From sequence record NC_042105.1: a stretch of DNA of 32,000 bases. One strand, written 5' to 3'. The DNA is from Streptomyces phage BillNye. Every line of letters begins with the position of its first letter. Positions within the stretch are counted from its first letter, which is position 1. A program made the position numbers and the translations under genes. Positions 22,107 to 28,149 of this stretch are shown here, piece after piece. The notes beneath the pieces are model-generated. The model saw only the letters and a list, made by a program, of their open reading frames with translations. It ran no database searches and was not told the DNA's origin.

Positions 22107-22188
22107 ATACAGCACACGGACAAGGCTTAGGCGCATGAGGGCATAGGGTGCCCAACAAGGCGGTGGGATGCGAGTGGTGATGCTGTAT
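22107..22188 (+). ncRNA. structured 82-nt leader between the promoter and tRNA-Asn
   Basis: Nested helices: ATACAGCA/TGCTGTAT (22107-22114/22181-22188), CGCAT/ATGCG (22132-22136/22168-22172), GGGCA/TGCCC (22139-22143/22149-22153). Confidence 0.35.
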
Positions 22189-22192
22189 TCTT

Positions 22193-22266
22193 TCCCCGTT
22201 AGCTCAATTTGGCAGAGCGGTGAGCTGTTAACTCATTGGTTGTTGGTTCGAGTCCAGCACGGGGAG
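22193..22266 (+). tRNA. tRNA-Asn (anticodon GTT)
   Basis: Acceptor TCCCCGT/ACGGGGA, G73, anticodon stem GTGAG/CTCAT with loop CTGTTAA, T arm GTTGG-TTCGAGT-CCAGC. Confidence 0.85.
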
Positions 22267-22270
22267 CAAT

Positions 22271-22371
22271 TGCGTGGTAGCCCAACTAGAGGCGGCACGG
22301 ATATGTGAGAGTCCTTCCTGTAGTCCGGTAAAAGGTGGAAGGTAGTGCGGGTGAAAATCCCGCCCACGCAA
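22271..22371 (+). ncRNA. 101-nt tRNA-like element with aberrant core
   Basis: Perfect 7-bp acceptor-like stem TGCGTGG/CCACGCA and T-arm-like GCGGG-TGAAAAT-CCCGC, but no TTC in the loop. There are 69 nt between the arms and no canonical anticodon arm. Confidence 0.4.
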
Positions 22372-22375
22372 TAAG

Positions 22376-22405
22376 TTGACAGACGACAATAAAGTCTGTT
22401 AACAT
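22376..22405 (+). promoter_or_regulatory. sigma70-like promoter for the Leu/Val cassette
   Basis: TTGACA (22376-22381), 18-nt spacer, TAACAT (22400-22405). Confidence 0.55.
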
Positions 22406-22420
22406 AGAAGTACAAAGCAA

Positions 22421-22501
22421 GCCGGTGTGGTGGAATTAGGCAGACACGCTAGTCTTAGGAACTAGTTCTTCGGAGTGCAGGTTCGAGTCCTGTCACCGGT
22501 A
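22421..22501 (+). tRNA. tRNA-Leu (anticodon TAG), class II
   Basis: Acceptor GCCGGTG/CACCGGT (G1-U72), anticodon stem CTAGT/ACTAG with loop CTTAGGA, 11-nt variable arm, T arm GCAGG-TTCGAGT-CCTGT. Confidence 0.8.
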
Positions 22502-22550
22502 CGTTACACTGAAAGTATGATAACAAGTCCCTTCTCCGGAAGGGCACTAT

Positions 22551-22622
22551 GCGCGGTTAGCTCAGCGGGAGAGCGTTTCGTTTACACCGAAAGGGCCGGG
22601 GGTTCGAATCCCTCACTGCGCA
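22551..22622 (+). tRNA. tRNA-Val (anticodon TAC)
   Basis: Acceptor GCGCGGT/ACTGCGC, anticodon stem TTTCG/CGAAA with loop TTTACAC, T arm GGGGG-TTCGAAT-CCCTC, A73. Confidence 0.85.
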
Positions 22623-22627
22623 CTGGT

Positions 22628-22666
22628 CCCAGCATTCATCTCACGACAATGCTGGGGCCTTTTATT
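22628..22666 (+). terminator. rho-independent terminator after tRNA-Val
   Basis: CCCAGCATT / AATGCTGGG 9-bp stem followed by GCCTTTTATT. Confidence 0.7.
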
Positions 22667-22740
22667 ATGCGAAGAGAGCCAGACTGGGGATTGTATCTGC
22701 TGATTATCATGGCAGTGCTAATCCTGATAAAGACACACAT

Positions 22741-22821
22741 GCCCGCGTAGGAGAATGGTATATCCGGGGGTCTCAAAAACCCTGCCCTAGTGGCGTGTCG
22801 GTTCGAGTCCGACCGTGGGTA
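22741..22821 (+). tRNA. tRNA-Leu (anticodon CAA), class II
   Basis: Acceptor GCCCGCG/CGTGGGT (two G-U), anticodon stem GGGGT/ACCCT with loop CTCAAAA, 13-nt variable arm, T arm GTCGG-TTCGAGT-CCGAC. Confidence 0.8.
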
Positions 22822-22863
22822 CGTACAATAATAAGAGATTATCCCTTTCGAAAGAAGGAGCAC

Positions 22864-23109
22864 ATGGTGAAGTTCGTTAAGGTCGATGAGGACGTTGTTT
22901 CGGTCGAGCTGAGCCTGGACACGGTTGGGCGAATTGCTCGTGCACTGTCCCTGGTTGAGTCTGAGTACGACGGCACTGACCTGCTGGACGAGCGCGACAA
23001 GTCTCTGAGCAAGGTCTTCACGACTGCTTCTCAGCGTTTTGCTGAGAGCGAAGAGGAGCCGCTGGCTGAGTGGGAGCGTCTGCTCCTTGAGGGTCCGGCC
23101 TCCGAGTGA
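22864..23109 (+). CDS. hypothetical acidic protein, 81 aa
   Basis: ATG 22864 after GAAGGAG. Track ORF 22795-23109 trimmed because its 5' end overlaps tRNA-Leu. Confidence 0.55.
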   Translation: MVKFVKVDEDVVSVELSLDTVGRIARALSLVESEYDGTDLLDERDKSLSKVFTTASQRFAESEEEPLAEWERLLLEGPASE

Positions 23110-23117
23110 TTTATGAG

Positions 23118-23150
23118 CCCCGCTGGAAACGGCGGGGTTCAAGCTATAAT
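23118..23150 (+). repeat. GC hairpin + AAGCTA variant fused to TATAAT
   Basis: CCCCGC...GCGGGG then TTC-AAGCTATAAT (23141-23150). Confidence 0.4.
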
Positions 23151-23168
23151 AGAATAAGGTGATACAAT

Positions 23169-23387
23169 ATGACTCAGTACATTAAGCCCAATAAGAGGGT
23201 GATGGACCTAGCGTATCTTCGAGATGGCGATGTGGTTCATACGGGTGAGGCATTGCTACTGGCTCTCTTGATAGCTGCGAAGGGTAAGACCAAGCGTGGC
23301 GCAGAAGAGGTTAAGCAGGTGGCTAAGATGCTCGATGACCCGAATATTGAAGAGAAGCCAAAGAGGAAGCCCCGCAGGAAGAAGTAA
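23169..23387 (+). CDS. hypothetical protein with Lys-rich tail, 72 aa
   Basis: ATG after TAAGGTGA. Followed by terminator 23394-23411. Confidence 0.5.
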   Translation: MTQYIKPNKRVMDLAYLRDGDVVHTGEALLLALLIAAKGKTKRGAEEVKQVAKMLDDPNIEEKPKRKPRRKK

Positions 23388-23393
23388 TCCTGG

Positions 23394-23411
23394 CGGGGCT
23401 TTCCCCGTTTT
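23394..23411 (+). terminator. small rho-independent terminator
   Basis: CGGGG / CCCCG stem with CTTT loop followed by TTTT. Confidence 0.5.
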
Positions 23412-23427
23412 ACAAGGAGAATTTAAT

Positions 23428-23967
23428 ATGGGTTGGTGTTCAGGGACCGAGTTCTTTGATGACGGTCTCAGCACGTTTCTCAAGTACGTCCCCGAGGACA
23501 AGAAGTTCGAGGTGGTCAAGGAGTGGTACGACAGCTTTGCATATTCCGATTGGGATTGTCAGAGCGAGTCCATCTACTACCAGGACTACATTGTCCACTT
23601 CATGATGCAGGAAGATGGTGCGCAAGATGACGACACCATCCTGTATATTGGTCGAAGCAACTCCCGGTGTAGCTGTGGGGTTGATGCCTTTCCTGGCGAG
23701 AACGGCCATTACACAGCGGCGGGTTGGGATGACACCAAGGCCGCCTGTGGTTTTGAGTGGGACGCTGTCTCCTCCGATTACATCAACATGCCAGAGCTGT
23801 TCTTGAAGAACACGTTCGGCTATGATAATCTCATTGGGTTGCCGGTGGTGACCTACAGTGGCGAGTATCTAGGGATGTATGGTGGCAAGACAAGAGAGAA
23901 TGCGGCGATGCCCGAGGTGTCAGAGGAAAGTGATGACGCCATTTATGAAGCAGAAGATTTGTCCTGA
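23428..23967 (+). CDS. hypothetical protein, 179 aa
   Basis: ATG 23428 after AAGGAGA. Track ORF 23296-23967 trimmed to it. Confidence 0.55.
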   Translation: MGWCSGTEFFDDGLSTFLKYVPEDKKFEVVKEWYDSFAYSDWDCQSESIYYQDYIVHFMMQEDGAQDDDTILYIGRSNSRCSCGVDAFPGENGHYTAAGWDDTKAACGFEWDAVSSDYINMPELFLKNTFGYDNLIGLPVVTYSGEYLGMYGGKTRENAAMPEVSEESDDAIYEAEDLS

Positions 23968-24002
23968 CTGTAGGGCAGACGAGATTATCGCGGAGGTCAA
24001 GC

Positions 24003-24236
24003 ATGGCAGGACTGCCTAAGAAGTTGTACTACGTCCTCTTGAAGCCCGGAGGAAAGCCGCTGGGCTATCGTCAAAAAGGTGGTGGCACCTATACTGACAA
24101 GAAATATGCTGAGTCCCAGTACAAAAACCTCAAGGCGTACGGCTCGAACGTAGAGCTGCACGAGGGCGTGATAGACTGGACGAAGATTGCATCCTCCGAG
24201 CAAGACGAGAACGAAGGGCAGCCAACACTGTGGTAA
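24003..24236 (+). CDS. hypothetical protein, 77 aa
   Basis: ATG after GGAGG. Its end overlaps GTG 24230. Confidence 0.5.
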   Translation: MAGLPKKLYYVLLKPGGKPLGYRQKGGGTYTDKKYAESQYKNLKAYGSNVELHEGVIDWTKIASSEQDENEGQPTLW

Positions 24237-24706
24237 CCTATGTCAAGGGCGATGCGACGAAGCCCCAGGGCGATGGCAAGAAGATTATTGCTCACGTCTG
24301 CAACGATGAGGGCCTGTGGGGCTCGGGATTCGTCCTTGCGGTGAACAAGTTGTCTCCGTTGCCGAGGATGCTTTATCTCCAGGAGCACAAGTTCTGGACC
24401 GAGGAGGCCGGGTTTACGTTTACTCCGTTGGGAGTCACCCAGCTCGTAACCGTTGCCGAAAACCTCATGGTCTGTAATATGGTGGCTCAGCACCGAACGA
24501 TTCGGCACGTCGAGAAGCCGATTTGCTACAAGTCCCTTGAGGCCGCTCTTAATGAGCTGGCTGGACGGGCAAGGGATGAAGAGGCTACAGTTCATATGCC
24601 TCGCATCGGGGCGGGTTTGGCCCGAGGCAACTGGGAAGTTATTGAGTCGATTGTCAATCGTACTCTAACGTTGCAGGATGTTGACGTTACAGTCTACGAC
24701 CTGTAA
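24230..24706 (+). CDS. macrodomain protein, TARG1/OARD1/DarG-like (ADP-ribose hydrolase fold)
   Basis: VKGDAT...IIAHVCNDEGLWGSGF and VHMPRIGAGLARGNWEVIESIV...VTVYDL parallel the TARG1 segments YVKGDLF, MGAGIA, SMPRIGCGLDRLQW and ITVYTL. Confidence 0.7.
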   Translation: MVTYVKGDATKPQGDGKKIIAHVCNDEGLWGSGFVLAVNKLSPLPRMLYLQEHKFWTEEAGFTFTPLGVTQLVTVAENLMVCNMVAQHRTIRHVEKPICYKSLEAALNELAGRARDEEATVHMPRIGAGLARGNWEVIESIVNRTLTLQDVDVTVYDL

Positions 24707-24711
24707 ACTAT

Positions 24712-24746
24712 AGGGGTTCCAGAAAATAACTGGAGCCCCTAAGCTC
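24712..24746 (+). repeat. GC hairpin + AAGCTC variant
   Basis: AGGGGTTCCAG / CTGGAGCCCCT 11-bp stem (one G-U) then AAGCTC (24741-24746). Confidence 0.45.
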
Positions 24747-24768
24747 CAGAAGAAAAGAGGGAAGTAGA

Positions 24769-24963
24769 ATGGCAGAGTGGATTGCCGAGCAGTTGATGAA
24801 GTTTGCATTCGGAACTGCTGTTGCGGGCATCGCCTGGGTGCTCCTGGTTGGTGTCCTGGCCTGGACGGTTCCTTTCTGGGTTATCTGGCTCGTCTGTGAG
24901 CTGCTGGTATTTGGAATTATCTTCGGCCTTGAGCACAGCGATGGACACTGGGACTTCTTCTGA
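24769..24963 (+). CDS. small membrane protein, 64 aa
   Basis: Two hydrophobic helices (VAGIAWVLLVGVLAW, WVIWLVCELLVFGIIFGL). GAGGGAAG SD. Confidence 0.55.
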   Translation: MAEWIAEQLMKFAFGTAVAGIAWVLLVGVLAWTVPFWVIWLVCELLVFGIIFGLEHSDGHWDFF

Positions 24964-24971
24964 GGTACCAT

Positions 24972-24991
24972 GGGGCTAACGCCCCAAGCTG
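24972..24991 (+). repeat. GC hairpin + AAGCTG variant
   Basis: GGGGC-TAAC-GCCCC then AAGCTG (24986-24991). Confidence 0.4.
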
Positions 24992-25027
24992 ACACATTGG
25001 TTCCAACCAAAGGGAGAATAAAAACCA

Positions 25028-26950
25028 ATGCGACCGAACACGATTGTTGCTCAGCGCGAAGGTAACCTCGGCGGCAACGAGCACAAGATGATGTTCGATG
25101 AGAACAGCGTTGCGCATCTGATGTCTGTTCTTACGGACCTGTATTCCGACCCCGAGCTGGCTGTAATTCGAGAGTACAGCACAAACGCTCTCGACTCGCA
25201 TATTGCGGCGGGTACTGTTCGACCGATTGAGGTCACTACGCCGAATGCGCTCTCTCCATTCTTCAAGGTCAAGGATTACGGCCTTGGTATGGATGAGGAA
25301 GACATCAAGAATATCTACTCCAAGTACGGTGCTTCTACGAAGCGCGATTCCGACTCGGTTGTGGGTATGCTTGGCCTCGGCTGCAAGTCGGCACTGACGT
25401 ACACTCAGCAGTTTACGCTTAACACCGTCAAGAATGGCGTTAAGTACATGGTGGCGGTTTCTCGCACCGAGGACGGCTCTGGTGTTATGGAGGTTATCGA
25501 CTCCTCTCCGACCGACGAGCTGAACAGTGTTGAGGTCGTTGTTCCCGTTAAGCGGGGTAACGAGTTCGAGCGCAAGTCTCGGGATTTCTTCCGGTTCTGG
25601 AAGCCTGGCACGGTCCTGCTTAATGGTGCACAGCCCCAGGGAATCGGTGGCAAGGAAATCGCTCCGGGTGTTTTTATGGTCCGTGACATTTCCTCTGACT
25701 ACCTGGTGATGGGCAACGTGGCCTACCCGCTGGACATCGAGCACGCGCTGTCCGACAGTCAGTCGTACTACAAGCGCTGGGCAATTGTGGCCTACGTCGA
25801 AATTGGTTCGGTGAACTTCACGCCTTCGCGTGAGTCGCTGCATTACACCCGACGCACCGAGGCGACTATCCGTGAGTTCAAGAAGATTGTGGACGAGCGG
25901 ATTACCAAGGTGGTCCAGGAGGACATTGACTCCAAGGATAGTGAGTGGGACGCTTTCCAGGCGTACTACGAGTGGAGTGAATTCTTCGGCGGTAATTACG
26001 GTGGCAGTCGCTACATGCCGCGCAACGTGGTCTACAAGGGCACCGAGCTGCCGACCGTCTTCCGGGCGGATGGTATGCTTTACAACACGAGCGCTTCTCG
26101 GTACGCTGTAAGCGATGTCCACAAGATGGACGCTCGCAACGCAGCCAAGACGCCGGTTATCTACGATTACCCGAGCGAGAAGGTTGCACCTACTCACCGA
26201 GAGAAGATGCGAGCCTGGCGCAAGGATAATGCTTCCGACGCCTACCACATCTTTGTCTGTAAGGAGCTGCCGGAATTCCCGGACTGGCTTCCCATTCAGA
26301 CGGTAAAGTGGGAAGACGTTAAGTCCATCAAGATTGTTCGGGAGAAGACTGGCGCTACTCGGTCCAAGCCTCGTTTCGAGATTTTCTACGACGGCAAGGA
26401 CCACTACCTGACCAAGGACGAAATCAAGAAGACTGAAATTGTTCTGGTGAAGCCGAAGAACTACATGAGCAATGCTTCGAAGAAGCAGCTTGAGGCACTT
26501 CGGCCGGGTATTGGTATCGTCACTCTGACCGAGAGTCGTTGGGACGCCTTTAAGAAGACGTTCCCGAATGCCAAGTCCCTTGAGGAAATTCTTCGAGAGC
26601 TGGTGGTGGAAGTCAAGGATGCACTGACGAAGGAGGACTTGCTTTTCCTGTCGGTGCGGTGGTACTCTCGTAACGTTCTCATCCAGCTTGACCCCAAGCG
26701 GATTGACGACCCGACGCTTTCGAATATCGTGACGTTCGTCAAGAGCAGCACGGCATCCGATAATGTCAAGCGTTACAACACCTGGCATTCGATTTACAAC
26801 GACATCACGATTGGCACTATCCTGGACAGGAACGCCACCGTTGACACGGACGTGATGGATAATTACCCTCTGATTCGGAACCTCCAGTCCGATTCTCTTG
26901 AGGATGCCTACTGTTACATCAATGCGAAGTATGCTACGATGAATAAGTAA
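25028..26950 (+). CDS. rIIA: rIIA-like protein with N-terminal GHKL (HATPase_c) ATPase domain
   Basis: EYSTNALDS (N box), VKDYGLGMDEEDI (G1), GMLGLGCKS (G2). Lies immediately upstream of a clear rIIB homolog. Confidence 0.7.
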   Translation: MRPNTIVAQREGNLGGNEHKMMFDENSVAHLMSVLTDLYSDPELAVIREYSTNALDSHIAAGTVRPIEVTTPNALSPFFKVKDYGLGMDEEDIKNIYSKYGASTKRDSDSVVGMLGLGCKSALTYTQQFTLNTVKNGVKYMVAVSRTEDGSGVMEVIDSSPTDELNSVEVVVPVKRGNEFERKSRDFFRFWKPGTVLLNGAQPQGIGGKEIAPGVFMVRDISSDYLVMGNVAYPLDIEHALSDSQSYYKRWAIVAYVEIGSVNFTPSRESLHYTRRTEATIREFKKIVDERITKVVQEDIDSKDSEWDAFQAYYEWSEFFGGNYGGSRYMPRNVVYKGTELPTVFRADGMLYNTSASRYAVSDVHKMDARNAAKTPVIYDYPSEKVAPTHREKMRAWRKDNASDAYHIFVCKELPEFPDWLPIQTVKWEDVKSIKIVREKTGATRSKPRFEIFYDGKDHYLTKDEIKKTEIVLVKPKNYMSNASKKQLEALRPGIGIVTLTESRWDAFKKTFPNAKSLEEILRELVVEVKDALTKEDLLFLSVRWYSRNVLIQLDPKRIDDPTLSNIVTFVKSSTASDNVKRYNTWHSIYNDITIGTILDRNATVDTDVMDNYPLIRNLQSDSLEDAYCYINAKYATMNK

Positions 26951-26954
26951 GCGA

Positions 26955-26976
26955 TTGGCCCTTCGGGGCCAAGCTT
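26955..26976 (+). repeat. GC hairpin + AAGCTT motif, copy 5
   Basis: TTGGCCC-TTCG-GGGCCAA running into AAGCTT (26971-26976). Confidence 0.6.
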
Positions 26977-26999
26977 CCCAACAAGTTCCAATATTTGGA

Positions 27000-28088
27000 G
27001 TGGTTAAAATTAAGTACAATCTGGTTAAGTTCCAGGACTCCGACGAGGCGAACCTGACGGTTTTCGTCAACGGGGAAATGTACGTTGCCACCGACTCGCA
27101 CCCGAATTTCAAGGCGATTCTCGTTAAGGTCGCTGAGGAGGACGAGAGTGTCGTGGACCTGTTCGATGTAAGCAAGACCGCTGAGAAGCGATTCGACCGG
27201 CTTTCCGAGCGGGTTACCGTTTCGAACGGCCGGATTTACTTCGACGGTGAAGAGGTGGATAACGCGCTGACCTCTCAGGTGCTCCGTTTTATCGACGGTG
27301 GCGTTGAGGACTTCAACCCTCTGGTTAAGTTCTTCGAGAAGGTCATGACCAACCCCAACGAGCACAGCAGGGAACAGCTTTACCGCTGGCTGGCTCGTTA
27401 CGACTTCACCATTACCGATGAGGGTGACTTCATCGCGTACAAGGGTGTTGCTACTGACGCTGAGGGTAACTACGTCAGTGTTAATCACGGTCGAGCGATT
27501 TCGAATGGCGTCGAGTACAATGGTGCTATTCCTAACCCGCTCGGTGCAGTTGTTGAGATGCCTCGTGGCGATGTTCAGCACGACCCTTCGGTTGGCTGTC
27601 ACGTCGGTCTGCACGCCGGTACTTACGAGTACGCTAGGCAGTGGGCTAAGGGTGGTCTTCTCACCGTTGTGATTAATCCTCGCGACGTTGTTTCTGTTCC
27701 GACTGACTGTCAGGACCAGAAGTTGCGGGTTTGCCGTTACACGGTTCAGGAGGTCACCGAGGTCAAGTATTCCGCGCCGGTTATCAGCTTCGATGAAGAG
27801 GATGACGAGGACGAGGATGCTTGCTACAATTGTGGTTACGTCGAGTGTGAGTGCTGCGGCGAGTGCGGTTCTGCGTACTGCTACGACGAAGAGTGCATGG
27901 ACTGTCCTGACTGTGGCGAGCGTGACTGTGAATGCTGCGAGGCTTGTGAGGCTTTCCCTTGCGAGTGCCCGGAGCCGCAGACTCCTGCTGCTGACCTTGA
28001 CGCTTTCGTGAAGGGCATTAACACGGTGGAGGGCTTTAAGCGCGGTTACCTCGGTAACGACTGGCCTGACGCTCCTTGGAATAAGTAA
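27000..28088 (+). CDS. rIIB: rIIB-like protein with C-terminal acidic and Cys-rich extension
   Basis: ITDEGDFIAYKGV, VEMPRGDVQHDPSVGCHVGLH and VVINPRDVVSVPTD...KLRVCRYTV parallel T4 rIIB (ITEDGYFYAWK, MPR..V.DD...C..GLH, HPRDVVSIP...MRTCQYEV). Start uncertain: GTG 27000 chosen because the track start lies inside the hairpin. Confidence 0.8.
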   Translation: MVKIKYNLVKFQDSDEANLTVFVNGEMYVATDSHPNFKAILVKVAEEDESVVDLFDVSKTAEKRFDRLSERVTVSNGRIYFDGEEVDNALTSQVLRFIDGGVEDFNPLVKFFEKVMTNPNEHSREQLYRWLARYDFTITDEGDFIAYKGVATDAEGNYVSVNHGRAISNGVEYNGAIPNPLGAVVEMPRGDVQHDPSVGCHVGLHAGTYEYARQWAKGGLLTVVINPRDVVSVPTDCQDQKLRVCRYTVQEVTEVKYSAPVISFDEEDDEDEDACYNCGYVECECCGECGSAYCYDEECMDCPDCGERDCECCEACEAFPCECPEPQTPAADLDAFVKGINTVEGFKRGYLGNDWPDAPWNK

Positions 28089-28094
28089 TTCCCA

Positions 28095-28127
28095 TGGCCC
28101 CCTGGAAAACAGGGGGCCAAGCTTTTT
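28095..28127 (+). repeat. GC hairpin + AAGCTT motif, copy 6
   Basis: TGGCCCCCT-GGAAAAC-AGGGGGCCA running into AAGCTT (28119-28124) then TTT. Confidence 0.6.
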
Positions 28128-28149
28128 ATCCGCCCCGGAAAGGAAAACA

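Noticed and set aside
22271-22371. Selenocysteine or other class II tRNA interpretation of the 101-nt tRNA-like element
   Set aside because: The length is near that of tRNA-Sec, but the sequence contains no TCA triplet at all. No 5-bp stem with a 7-nt loop can be placed where an anticodon arm is required, and the T loop lacks TTC.
12744-23142. ORFs overlapping tRNA/tmRNA sequence (12744-12944, upstream part of 16256-16828, 18717-19181, 18989-19213, 19460-19906, 19502-19699, 21012-21593, 21664-21918, 22475-22750, 22636-23142)
   Set aside because: They read through cloverleaf tRNA genes; translated T arms give the tell-tale ...SNP.. or GFE..S strings. They are better explained as chance frames across RNA genes.
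24917-27175. 752-aa minus-strand ORF, with a 474-aa companion at 26934-28358
   Set aside because: Both are antisense to the rIIA-like and rIIB-like genes, which carry recognisable GHKL and T4-rIIB motifs. The translations are Arg/Leu/Val/Ser-rich with no motifs and no SD, so they are typical shadow ORFs of codon-biased genes.
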